Shown one piece after another: positions 28,258 to 38,012 of a stretch of 64,000 nucleotides of DNA. This DNA is from a bacterium (GTDB taxonomy: Bacteria; RUG730; JBDRED01; JBHPKP01). The position numbers and the translations under genes are program-made. Location: positions 14,848 to 78,847 of the forward strand of contig JBHPKP010000002.1 of NCBI GenBank assembly GCA_042566505.1. The letters run 5' to 3'. The first letter of the stretch is position 1, and every line of letters begins with the position of its first letter. The notes beneath the pieces were generated by a model. That model had not been told where the DNA came from and did no database searches. It saw only the letters and a list, made by a program, of their open reading frames with translations.

Positions 28258-29154
28258 TTATAACTCCAACAACAATCTATGTATATCTAACAATTGTTTA
28301 AGTTTTGTGTTATCAAGTAAAACTTTTTGCGCTCTTTTTTCTTTGAAAAAATTATTGTCTGCAAACTTAATTGGTAATATATTTTTTTTATCCATTTTTT
28401 TTAGTTCAGAAATTTTAAGCGCAACATCATACTTAGAAAGAACTTCATCTGTACCAATATTTACAATGCCTACTTGTTTATTGCCAAACTTTTCAATTAA
28501 ATCAAGCGTCACTTTTGATGCCTGCTCAAAGCTAATAGCAGACCTTAAAGAATCAGATAACATTTCAATTGATTTATTCTCATTCAAATCATCAACAATA
28601 TGGTCATAAAAATGCTTTTTAAACGTTAAACTTTTCCCAATTAAAAACGAATATCTTACTACATTGAATCCATAGGATAAAACAATTTGCTCAGCCAAAG
28701 CTTTTTGTTTTCCATATTCATTAATGGGACTGAGCTGCTCATCTTCACGAAAAAAATAATCTTTTTCTGAATCCTCATGTTGTCCGTAAACAACATCAGA
28801 TGAAGTATAATATAAAGTGTTAATATTTTTGATTTTATTTATTAAGTAAGCTAATGAGACTATATTGATATCCCAAGCTAAACTCTTATTTTCTAATACT
28901 TTATCAGGATGATGATACGCAGCTAAATAAACTATATTAATTTTTTCATTAACATTATTTATTTTTTCTATAAAAGAATCCATTGAGTCAAAATCTGTCA
29001 AATATAACTCACACCAATCTATATTAGCCGAATCAAAATTCTCATTAGGTTTATCTGCATGAGTGCATATTATTGACTGCTCGTTATTTCTATCCAAAAT
29101 ATTCTTAATAAAATATGCCCCTAAAAAACCGCTTGCTCCGATAATCACATACAT
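28258..29154 (-). CDS. NAD(P)-dependent sugar epimerase/reductase (extended SDR, RmlD-like)
   Basis: Contains MYVIIGASGFLGAYF, YTSSDVVYG and YGKQKALAE (YxxxK). Confidence 0.7.
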   Translation of the reverse strand: MYVIIGASGFLGAYFIKNILDRNNEQSIICTHADKPNENFDSANIDWCELYLTDFDSMDSFIEKINNVNEKINIVYLAAYHHPDKVLENKSLAWDINIVSLAYLINKIKNINTLYYTSSDVVYGQHEDSEKDYFFREDEQLSPINEYGKQKALAEQIVLSYGFNVVRYSFLIGKSLTFKKHFYDHIVDDLNENKSIEMLSDSLRSAISFEQASKVTLDLIEKFGNKQVGIVNIGTDEVLSKYDVALKISELKKMDKKNILPIKFADNNFFKEKRAQKVLLDNTKLKQLLDIHRLLLEL

Positions 29155-30119
29155 TTCGTAGACTCCAATACATTTTCTTTTGAATATTTCTCACGCACCA
29201 AAAATATAGGCCTTTCTTTTGTTTCAATATAAGTCTTTGCAATATATTCGCCTATCATACCAATAAACAAACTCTGCAAACCTCCAAAAAGCATAACAAT
29301 AAACGAAAGGAAAGCCCATCCGGGTACATCAATCTTTTGAACCAATCTAACATACAATATAAACATGGTGCCTATAATCGATAAAACAAATAGAATGAAT
29401 CCAAATAAAGATATCATTCTAATTGGGATAACACTTAAAGAAGTAATGCCGTCTAACGCAAAATTTACAAGATGCTTAAGTGTGAATTTTGTTCTACCGG
29501 CTTTTCTTGCAATCCTATCATAATACACGCAAGCATATTTTGCATCTAACCCTAGAATTATTCCTCTAAGATATCTGTTTCGTTCAGGGAATTTTTTAAG
29601 CTCCTCAACCAACTGTTTACTTAACAACCTAAAATCTCCATGATTATGAACCGAATTGACACCTAACTTACTCAACATCCAATAATAAATATTTGCAGTA
29701 ACTCTTTTAAAAATAGAATCTTTTTTTCTATCCCCTCTAACCCCTAGAACCATTTCGTAGCCTTCGTAATACTTTTCGATCATATCTTTTATTTTATTCG
29801 GATCATCCTGCAAATCCGTATCAATTGTCACTACCATATCTTTTGCCGCATGAAATAAGCCCGCTGTAATCGAGCCCTGGTAACCATAATTACTTCTCAA
29901 ATCTAATATAACAATGTTCTTATCCTTTTCATATAATTCCAGCATCTTAGTTAGTGTATCATCTGTAGAACCATTGTTAACCATAACTATTTCATATTCG
30001 GAAATAATCGAATCTTGCCACCTTTCAAGTAATTCCTTCAATTTATTATATGAATCTTGAATTACCAATTCTTCATTATGGCATGGTAAAACTATTGATA
30101 AAGAAGCTAATTTTTTCAT
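29145..30119 (-). CDS. GT2 polyprenyl-phosphate glycosyltransferase (GtrB/ArnC-like), second copy
   Basis: Contains LSIVLPCHNEELVI, NNGSTDDT and TIDTDLQDDP, with two C-terminal TM helices ending GMIGEYIAKTY. It has the same layout as 15017..15949. Confidence 0.75.
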   Translation of the reverse strand: MKKLASLSIVLPCHNEELVIQDSYNKLKELLERWQDSIISEYEIVMVNNGSTDDTLTKMLELYEKDKNIVILDLRSNYGYQGSITAGLFHAAKDMVVTIDTDLQDDPNKIKDMIEKYYEGYEMVLGVRGDRKKDSIFKRVTANIYYWMLSKLGVNSVHNHGDFRLLSKQLVEELKKFPERNRYLRGIILGLDAKYACVYYDRIARKAGRTKFTLKHLVNFALDGITSLSVIPIRMISLFGFILFVLSIIGTMFILYVRLVQKIDVPGWAFLSFIVMLFGGLQSLFIGMIGEYIAKTYIETKERPIFLVREKYSKENVLESTKCM

Positions 30120-31006
30120 GTTACCAGTTCCTTTTTTTTACTTAGTATTGTTTTATTTAATCCTTCTTCAATAGACGTATTGGGTTTCCAGTTTACGAAC
30201 CTAAAAAGTGGTTCAACATCAGCCTTTGATTCCATAATTTCATTTTTTCTATATTCATGCTTACCAAACAAAAGCTTACTTTTACTGTTTGTAATGGTAT
30301 GGATAGTTGTTACAAAATCTTTAATCGTTGTAAATTGTCCAGTACCTATTTCGAATTCACTAAAATTATATATCAATCTGTCAAGATTCGACAAAACAAG
30401 CATATATGCTTTTACAACATCATCAATATACACAAAATCTCTTTTCTGTTCACCAAAGGTTAGAGCTATCTCCGGCTCATTATTTGACAACTTAGTTATC
30501 ATCCCACTTACAAATTTCATATGATTATCGCCTGAACCATACACATGTTCAAGCTTCATATTTACAATAGTTATATCTTTACTACTTAACTTTAACCACT
30601 CAAACATATGCTTTTTTGATAGAGCATAACTTGTCAAATAATCGTATGTTATTGTACCGGTATTATAAAATGAATCAGTACTTATAAAATATTTAGTATT
30701 ATGTTTCTGCGCCAACTCTAAAAGTTCTAAAGGAAGTAAAATATTCGACAAAATGACTGGTTTAATGCCATTTCTTCCATAATTAGTAGCTACATGAATA
30801 ATAGTGTCAATCTTGTTTTCAACAAAAATTAAATCTAACTCTACTTTATCAATATCATAATATTTAACTTTGTCTAATAAATCCTCTATCCTCTTCGTAT
30901 GAGAAAAACTCCTCTTCAAAATTACAACATTATATTCTTTTATCAAGCTCCTTAATAAATGCGAACCTATAAAAGAAGTAGCCCCTGTTAATAAAATCGT
31001 TTTCAT
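30116..31006 (-). CDS. RfbS/RfbJ-like NDP-4-keto-dideoxyhexose reductase, paralogue of 9767..10660
   Basis: Contains [47 protein letters not shown] and GEQKRDFVYIDDVV. It is colinear with the 9767..10660 product and, by eye, identical at roughly 40-45% of positions. Confidence 0.65.
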   Translation of the reverse strand: MKTILLTGATSFIGSHLLRSLIKEYNVVILKRSFSHTKRIEDLLDKVKYYDIDKVELDLIFVENKIDTIIHVATNYGRNGIKPVILSNILLPLELLELAQKHNTKYFISTDSFYNTGTITYDYLTSYALSKKHMFEWLKLSSKDITIVNMKLEHVYGSGDNHMKFVSGMITKLSNNEPEIALTFGEQKRDFVYIDDVVKAYMLVLSNLDRLIYNFSEFEIGTGQFTTIKDFVTTIHTITNSKSKLLFGKHEYRKNEIMESKADVEPLFRFVNWKPNTSIEEGLNKTILSKKKELVT

Positions 31007-31012
31007 AATTCT

Positions 31013-32017
31013 TTATCCTTTGCTTTCATCAATCAAAAATTTTCTCTTAATAATTGCCCAATTATTTACTATTTCTTGCTCGGTAATTTCACCATTGTAA
31101 ATCAATACTTCTCTTATTTCTCCATTAAATTTTCGATTATGCCCAAACCAATTACCTATATAAAAATCACTAGCTGAATTCACTAAATTCCCCAAAGTCT
31201 TTTGAGCTGATATCAAACTTGCATTCAAATATATTCTGGTATAAGCTTCATTAAAAATAATAACTAAATAATTCCAAGTATCACTTTTTAATTGAAAATG
31301 TTTACTCACATACCACTTCAGCCCATCACCATAAAAGAAAGTATAATAATTACTTTCTTTATTATCTTTTTCTATGGTTATACCGTAAAAATCTTTATGA
31401 TTTGAGACAATATCAGCAAAATCTACTTGTAAAGGAGCGGGCTTCAGAACACATTGGATCACAAATGCATTATCAAATTGCAAAACTCCTTTGTTCAAAA
31501 TATAATTATCTTTTGCAATTTGTTTAATTCCCGTATGAACCAAAGGAACATTTCTCGACTTTAATATAAATCCTCCTGTCCTTTCAGGGGCACCTGAAAA
31601 ATAATAATATATTTTATCATTGACTGCTTCATTACTCATACTCGAAGGGATACATATTAAAGTTATGAACAAAGAAACCACTACCAAAGTTCCTAAAACA
31701 AAAAAAATGTTCTTTTGTAATACATTTAATAAAAATTTTACCTTCTTTTGCACATTATTTGTTATAAAAAAGATTAGAATGATTGCTGTAAAGGTAAGTA
31801 TTAATGAAAACAATATACTATGAATTAAGTGATTAGTAATTATTGCAAAATAATTTATAAAGAAAAGCCCCAGAATAAAACTAATCAACATAACTATCTT
31901 AGGGTAATTAGTAATTTTCTTTTTACAAAAGCTTGTTAGCAATGATACCCCAAAAAGCAACGAACCAATAAGAACAACAGAAAAAACAATTAAAACATAG
32001 ATAAATCTAATTAACAT
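31013..32017 (-). CDS. Membrane-anchored (4 TM) LamG/concanavalin-A-like lectin-domain protein
   Basis: The N-terminal ~125 aa are hydrophobic. The C-terminus ends FYIGNWFGHNRKFNGEIREVLIYNGEITEQEI, matching the LamG_3 signature (F.G.IDEVRIYN..L...EI). Confidence 0.6.
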   Translation of the reverse strand: MLIRFIYVLIVFSVVLIGSLLFGVSLLTSFCKKKITNYPKIVMLISFILGLFFINYFAIITNHLIHSILFSLILTFTAIILIFFITNNVQKKVKFLLNVLQKNIFFVLGTLVVVSLFITLICIPSSMSNEAVNDKIYYYFSGAPERTGGFILKSRNVPLVHTGIKQIAKDNYILNKGVLQFDNAFVIQCVLKPAPLQVDFADIVSNHKDFYGITIEKDNKESNYYTFFYGDGLKWYVSKHFQLKSDTWNYLVIIFNEAYTRIYLNASLISAQKTLGNLVNSASDFYIGNWFGHNRKFNGEIREVLIYNGEITEQEIVNNWAIIKRKFLIDESKG

Positions 32018-34652
32018 AAGACCCTCCTCGTATATAATTTTTTTTAATATAATATAAAATCAGAACAAAATACAAAGTAAAATAAATCAATAACATAAAA
32101 TTGAAAAAAGAAAGAAGTCCATTTGAGTACTTTAATAATATCTTATACTTTCCCTGATGGAGTGTAAAGTTTAGCAGATTTTCTGTATCTTCTGAAATAA
32201 ACCTTTTACCGTTTATAAATACTTTAATATTTTTTATAGGAAAAAGCTGATAATAAATATTTATAGGATTTTTGTCAACAGTAACATCAAAACTAACTCG
32301 CTTAGAATAATCCGTATAAAAATTATTTAATGTCATATTGGAAATATCTCCTACGATTTTAATTATTCCATTATCAAATACTTTCTCCGTATCCTCATTT
32401 ATATTCCAGGTACGTTTGATTCGAACTGTTCCTTTTGTATTTTTCAAGTAGCGTCTCCAACCATCCGGAAGGCTCTCTAGTGAAGTATAATTATTATCAA
32501 ATTCTATTAATGCTATAGGAATGTATTTAATATTATTATTTAGGTCATATCCTCGTATATAAAGATTTTTTATCATTACATCTTCATCACTATTTTTTTC
32601 AATTACCAGATCAATACTATCCATATCAAATTCAGTAGTAAAATTAAATTTTATAAAAGCAGAAGACGGGCCAGTCTTCACTTCATATTCTTTTCCATGT
32701 ATTGTAATTGTAAGAATCGTTTCCTTTTGAGAAGATGTTTCCAAAGCAAAAAGATATTTATTAGGTTTAAAAGACCTAGTCATTGGTTTTAGACGATACA
32801 TTCTACTACCATCATACAATTTATAATTCAAATTTTTATCAATAAACATATCTAAATATATTTTATGTTTCTCATATGTTTTATTGTCACAGATAACAAA
32901 ATCCACTCCTGTTTTCCATAACCATTCAAAATTTATTCTTTCATAAAAAGGAAATTTTTCTCTATATCGCAAGTCAGAAGCTAAATGCAGTTCATAACCT
33001 AAATAGTTAGATAATTTTATCTCTTTTTGAACCATCCATGGATAATTTCTCGGGATATAAACATTGCGTGGATTTGGCATGAGGTTTACATATTTGATAA
33101 GTTCCTTTTGTGAATTAGTTTTAATAAAATTTATCATACCTTTTTCATCATCTTTATGTAGATATATATAGTCCTTTGCATAAACATGATTAGCATCTGT
33201 ATATGCATAAAAATAGGTTGTATTAAGAATAAAAATCAATACTATTCCTACATAAAATATCCATTTTCTTGATAATTTCAAATATGCTATGAAAAAGAAC
33301 ATTAGAAATAAAATTTCAACAAGCACGGTATTAAACCTAATCAAGTGTAAACTAGCTGTATTCCCTAAATAAATAAATATATTTAAAAATAGAAATAATA
33401 TCACAGACAGTATAATAAGAACTTTTCCAATTCTATAATCCTTTTTCTTTAATGCGCTAGAAAATAAAATAGTCACTAACAATGAAAAAAATACATTCGT
33501 AATAAGCATGTATCTTGCATACAAATGCATACCACCAAGCCCCGGAACTAACGAATAAAAAACACTACTTAAACCAAACATATCACCGAACGATATCAAA
33601 AATGAAATAAGAACAATAGGCAGTATAATAGCAATGAGCCTTTTCTGAAATGAACGCAGCTTACCTTTATTACTATTAGAAAAAACATAAATAAAAATAG
33701 CAACAATAGGAATCAGCCCTATATACAAAGTAGTTATTTCGATCTCTTTTATTCTAAAAATACCGTATGAAAAAATCGTTAACAAATCTGAAAGCTGCAA
33801 ACAAACAGAATGCGCAATTGTTTTTATATCAGCTGGCATTGTTGATGCAATTTTATGATACTTTAATATTGCAAAATAAAAAGGTCCAACAACAACAGAT
33901 GCTATGCCTACAGGTATAAATAATCGCACTAAACCAGGCAATGATTTTTTTACATATCCCTTTTTGTTAATATAAATATGATATAAACTCACAAAAATTA
34001 TAGTTATTACAACAGATGCTAAAGCTAATGGAATATACCCAGTCAAAAACATCAAAACATAAACACCTGAAATAAAAAATAATGATATTCGATTTTTAAT
34101 TGATAATGAACTAAGTGATACATACATAAGCAGCGGAATGAGCATGACCATATAATAGAATGGAGGAAATTGTTTAGCAGTCATAGTTTTGGAAGAAAAA
34201 ACAAGAAAAACAGCAAAAAAAAGTGATGCAACAGTAGAAAATCTAAAAAACTTTTTTGCCAGTATCTGAGCAAAAAACATAGCTATACTTGCATGAAAAA
34301 ATATAATAAAAAGCATTAATAGGAAAAATCCTTCAATACCACGAATATTTGTTAGAAAAGATATTAAAAAATATATTGGGTAAGCGGTTACGATATTTGG
34401 ACGCAAAAAGAATTCAGAAGAACCATTTGCAGTAAAAAAATCTATACCGGAAAAAATAATATTTTTGGAAGAAAAATAACTATGCATAAATTGTGGAACG
34501 TACAAACATAATTCATCAATAAAATAATAATACAATCTTTCATTCCCTTTTCCAAATACTCTTAAATATGGAGCATAATAAAAAAATGGAAACAAAAATG
34601 ATGCACTCAACTGAAAATAATATTTTTTCCAAAATCGAATAAGGCTTTTCAT
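32007..34652 (-). CDS. Large polytopic membrane protein, YfhO-like/GT-C candidate (tandem paralogue B, 881 aa)
   Basis: About 14 TM segments followed by a ~400-aa soluble C-terminal domain. It is colinear with 34649..37312 from the N-terminus (YLRVFGKGNERLYYYFIDELCLYVPQF) to the C-terminus (YQLFPIKNIKVFINGKRF). The YfhO assignment rests on size and topology only. Confidence 0.45.
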   Translation of the reverse strand: MKSLIRFWKKYYFQLSASFLFPFFYYAPYLRVFGKGNERLYYYFIDELCLYVPQFMHSYFSSKNIIFSGIDFFTANGSSEFFLRPNIVTAYPIYFLISFLTNIRGIEGFFLLMLFIIFFHASIAMFFAQILAKKFFRFSTVASLFFAVFLVFSSKTMTAKQFPPFYYMVMLIPLLMYVSLSSLSIKNRISLFFISGVYVLMFLTGYIPLALASVVITIIFVSLYHIYINKKGYVKKSLPGLVRLFIPVGIASVVVGPFYFAILKYHKIASTMPADIKTIAHSVCLQLSDLLTIFSYGIFRIKEIEITTLYIGLIPIVAIFIYVFSNSNKGKLRSFQKRLIAIILPIVLISFLISFGDMFGLSSVFYSLVPGLGGMHLYARYMLITNVFFSLLVTILFSSALKKKDYRIGKVLIILSVILFLFLNIFIYLGNTASLHLIRFNTVLVEILFLMFFFIAYLKLSRKWIFYVGIVLIFILNTTYFYAYTDANHVYAKDYIYLHKDDEKGMINFIKTNSQKELIKYVNLMPNPRNVYIPRNYPWMVQKEIKLSNYLGYELHLASDLRYREKFPFYERINFEWLWKTGVDFVICDNKTYEKHKIYLDMFIDKNLNYKLYDGSRMYRLKPMTRSFKPNKYLFALETSSQKETILTITIHGKEYEVKTGPSSAFIKFNFTTEFDMDSIDLVIEKNSDEDVMIKNLYIRGYDLNNNIKYIPIALIEFDNNYTSLESLPDGWRRYLKNTKGTVRIKRTWNINEDTEKVFDNGIIKIVGDISNMTLNNFYTDYSKRVSFDVTVDKNPINIYYQLFPIKNIKVFINGKRFISEDTENLLNFTLHQGKYKILLKYSNGLLSFFNFMLLIYFTLYFVLILYYIKKNYIRGGSYVN

Positions 34653-37312
34653 AAAATCCCTTTTTTATTTTCTCTTATGAACTTAATTAGCCGAGATATA
34701 CCAATCCACAACAAACAAGTTATATATAAAAAAAACATTGTATTAAACAAAGCAAGTAAAGAATGCTTATAAACAATCTTCACCTTATGTTCTCCTTTTG
34801 GAACTACAAACTCTAATAAGTCTTCATTAATTTTATACGAAACTTTTTTCCCATCAATATAAACACGAATATTTTTTATCGGAAAAAGTTGGTAAGTTAT
34901 TTTTAACGATTTTTCACTTTGCGTATTGAATTTAACCTTTTTTGCATAATCAGTGTAAAAATTACTTATTGCATTATCCGGACATTTTTCAATTTTAATA
35001 ATACCATTATCAAAGCCCACTTGTGTTTTCACTATTCCTATATCACTCGTTCTGAAAATATTGACAATGCCTTTTTGTCCAATTAAAAATCTCCTCCAGC
35101 CATTTTTTAAAGATTCAAAATTACTAAATCTATTATCAAAATCGATTTTTTTTATTGGAATCCATTTATGCTCATATTCACCTAAGAAAATATTTTTTAT
35201 CATTAAATTTTCCAGGTTATTTCTATCTACTTCCAGTTCCATGGATTCAACGTCATCTTTTATCTCAAATGGTATACCTACAACATTTCCAAGTTTTTTA
35301 ATTTCTACTTCATAACTTTTAGAATCAATAGTAATAAAGATTATACCGTCCTTATCAGCAGAAGTTGTAAAACGAAGAAAATAAGAACCTTTGCTAAAAC
35401 CATCTTTTAAATTTATTTTTTTTGTTTTATATATTTTCGTGCTGTCTTGTAATTGATAATAAACATCTTTATCAATATATTTATTAATTAATTTTTCATA
35501 TTTCCTATCGGTTGTCTCATCAACAATTATAAAATCACAGCCTGTTTTTAAAAGCCAATTAAAATTAATATTTCCATAGTATGGCATTCTTTCTCTATAC
35601 CCCAAATAAGATGCGAGATGTAATTCATATCCATAATAATTTGAAACTCTAAACTTATTTTGCACTAACCAAGGAAAATTTCTTGGAACAAAAGAATAAA
35701 CCTCTTTAGAAGTATTGACATATTTAGGTAATGCTTTATCAGTATTTTTATCAATAAAATCGATCAATCCGTGTACCTTTTCTTGATGCAAAATAATATT
35801 ATCTTTTGATTGATAATACACTCTATTTGAATCCATAATAAAGAAAGCATAAGTAGTATTAATTATAAAAACCGCACCTATAATAGAAAACATTACATAC
35901 CTGCGACTTGCTTTAATATACATAACCAAGAAAAACATAAATAGAATTAATTCCCCAATAATAAGTCTCATATTAATTAAATACGTTAACGGTGACCAAA
36001 TTTTCATGTGAATCATATATTGATAAATCCACATAAAAACCAGCAACAAAAAACTCAAAATCAATGCTATTTTGGCAAAATTTAACGCCCTTTTTTTTAC
36101 AAGAATATCTAATATAATCGTAATAAATAAAAAGAAGAAAATATTTGTAAGCATCATATATCTACCATACTCGTGCATCCCACCAAGACCCGGAACCAGA
36201 GTATAAAAAATATCTGCCAATCCAATATTCAATCCAAAAGAAATCAAAAATGAAAAAATAAAAATTAGTAATCCAATAATAATAAGTCGCTTATTTAGTG
36301 AGCTTAGCTTCATATTTTTTTTAGAGCTGATTACAAAAGCAAAGATTAAACTTAATGGAATTAACCCAACATATAATGTTCCGACACCATTTGTTTTGAT
36401 ATTTTTAATACCATATGAAATCATTGTTAAAATATCTGAAGGTGAAAATGCCAAATCTCGAGCAATTGTTCTCAAATTGGCACTTACAGTTGAGGCTAGT
36501 CCATGATAGCTCATTACAGCCAAATAAAATGGCACAGCAACGATAGAAGCAATAGCCACAGGTATAATCAGTTGTATAATGCCTTTCAAAGCTTTTCTCC
36601 AATAACCATCATTATTTATGTATACATGGTAAAAAACCGCAAACAATATGGCTATTATTACTCCTCCCACAGCCATAGGAATATACCCGCTTAAGAATGC
36701 TAATAAATAAACAAATGAAAATATAATTAATGATTTTTTGTTCTTAGATTCCAAAGAAAGCATTGCAGTATATATAAGCAATGGCATGAGCATAACAATG
36801 TAAAAAAATGGAGGAAATGGTTTGGCAAAAATAGTTTTGGATGAAAATATCACAAAAACCGCAAATAATAGAGCTAATAATTTTTCAAATTTAAAAAACC
36901 TCAATGCTAAAAGCTGTGAGAAAAACATTCCTAGAATCATATGTGCAAACATAATGATTAATAAAACTAATGCAAGGGTTTCGATACTTGTAATTTTTAG
37001 AATATAAGAAACACAAAATGATAGATAATAAACAGGATATGCAGCAACAATATTTGGTCTTAAGAAAAATAACGATGAACCATTCGCAGTCAAAAAATCT
37101 GTGCCGGAAAAAATCATATTCTTAAAAAGAAAATAGCTGTTTATAAATTGAGGAAGATAAAGATTGAGTTCATCAAGAAAAAAATAATGAAACCTATCAG
37201 ACCCTTTACCAAATACCTTTAGGTATGGTGAGAAAAAAAGAAAAGGAAAAATAACCGATGTAGTTATTTGAAATAAATATTTTTTAATAAATTGAACAAA
37301 GTGAAATCGCAT
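34649..37312 (-). CDS. Large polytopic membrane protein, YfhO-like/GT-C candidate (tandem paralogue A, 887 aa)
   Basis: Paralogue of 32007..34652 (YLKVFGKGSDRFHYFFLDELNLYLPQF ... YQLFPIKNIRVYIDGKKV). It joins the downstream copy through an ATGA overlap. Confidence 0.45.
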   Translation of the reverse strand: MRFHFVQFIKKYLFQITTSVIFPFLFFSPYLKVFGKGSDRFHYFFLDELNLYLPQFINSYFLFKNMIFSGTDFLTANGSSLFFLRPNIVAAYPVYYLSFCVSYILKITSIETLALVLLIIMFAHMILGMFFSQLLALRFFKFEKLLALLFAVFVIFSSKTIFAKPFPPFFYIVMLMPLLIYTAMLSLESKNKKSLIIFSFVYLLAFLSGYIPMAVGGVIIAILFAVFYHVYINNDGYWRKALKGIIQLIIPVAIASIVAVPFYLAVMSYHGLASTVSANLRTIARDLAFSPSDILTMISYGIKNIKTNGVGTLYVGLIPLSLIFAFVISSKKNMKLSSLNKRLIIIGLLIFIFSFLISFGLNIGLADIFYTLVPGLGGMHEYGRYMMLTNIFFFLFITIILDILVKKRALNFAKIALILSFLLLVFMWIYQYMIHMKIWSPLTYLINMRLIIGELILFMFFLVMYIKASRRYVMFSIIGAVFIINTTYAFFIMDSNRVYYQSKDNIILHQEKVHGLIDFIDKNTDKALPKYVNTSKEVYSFVPRNFPWLVQNKFRVSNYYGYELHLASYLGYRERMPYYGNINFNWLLKTGCDFIIVDETTDRKYEKLINKYIDKDVYYQLQDSTKIYKTKKINLKDGFSKGSYFLRFTTSADKDGIIFITIDSKSYEVEIKKLGNVVGIPFEIKDDVESMELEVDRNNLENLMIKNIFLGEYEHKWIPIKKIDFDNRFSNFESLKNGWRRFLIGQKGIVNIFRTSDIGIVKTQVGFDNGIIKIEKCPDNAISNFYTDYAKKVKFNTQSEKSLKITYQLFPIKNIRVYIDGKKVSYKINEDLLEFVVPKGEHKVKIVYKHSLLALFNTMFFLYITCLLWIGISRLIKFIRENKKGIL

Positions 37313-37316
37313 AATT

Positions 37317-38012
37317 TTAAACTCCTAAGATAGAGTTAATTCCCAAGACATATTTTGATACTTTAGAAGGAGAAACCGCAAGTGTTTGCATAACATTTTC
37401 TGCTAAATACAAATCTTCTGCTGCAAACTTAAATTCCATAATAACAATATCAGGCGCTATATTTTTGTACTTTTTATTTGCGTGTTTTAGAAACCTTTGA
37501 TCATAAAAAGATATGTCTTTATCGAGAGTAATCCTAATTTTATTATTATATGAAACAAAATAATCACGCGCATAACTATTAATTAACACCGGAATATTGC
37601 TCATTAAAAATCGCTGCTTTAGTCCATCATGCAATTGGTCAATAATATCATTTCTAATTTCAGACAGTGAAATATCACTAAGATTTTCAGAAAACTTAAC
37701 AGCTTGCGAAGACTTCCAACCCAATCGGTTCCTCTTAATTTTCAGCTCTAATACAAAATCTTTTAATGCTATACTTTCACCATACCAACGCAGTCTAAAT
37801 TTAGTTCTTGAAGATTTACCTGATAAGTTTTCCCAATACGAATCTAAATCAATCGTATCATAATAAATATTATTAACAATTCTAGGAGGATATGCTTTTT
37901 TAAACATCATTTCTTGAGTATATATCCAAGTTTTAAGATGATTGTACATATTCACATTTGTAACAAATTTTATTTCACACCTGGCTTTCTCTAACACATC
38001 TGATTTAATCAT
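37317..38012 (-). CDS. VTC-domain (polyphosphate-polymerase-like, triphosphate-tunnel fold) protein
   Basis: 231 aa with no TM segment. Contains ARCEIKF, IVNNIYYDTIDLDSYWENLSGKSSRTKFRLRWYG and VLELKIKRNRLGWKS. This is the pattern of bacterial VTC proteins (ExK; Y.V.S.YFDT; R.K.R.R.Y; lE.K). It overlaps the CotH gene by 4 nt. Confidence 0.72.
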   Translation of the reverse strand: MIKSDVLEKARCEIKFVTNVNMYNHLKTWIYTQEMMFKKAYPPRIVNNIYYDTIDLDSYWENLSGKSSRTKFRLRWYGESIALKDFVLELKIKRNRLGWKSSQAVKFSENLSDISLSEIRNDIIDQLHDGLKQRFLMSNIPVLINSYARDYFVSYNNKIRITLDKDISFYDQRFLKHANKKYKNIAPDIVIMEFKFAAEDLYLAENVMQTLAVSPSKVSKYVLGINSILGV

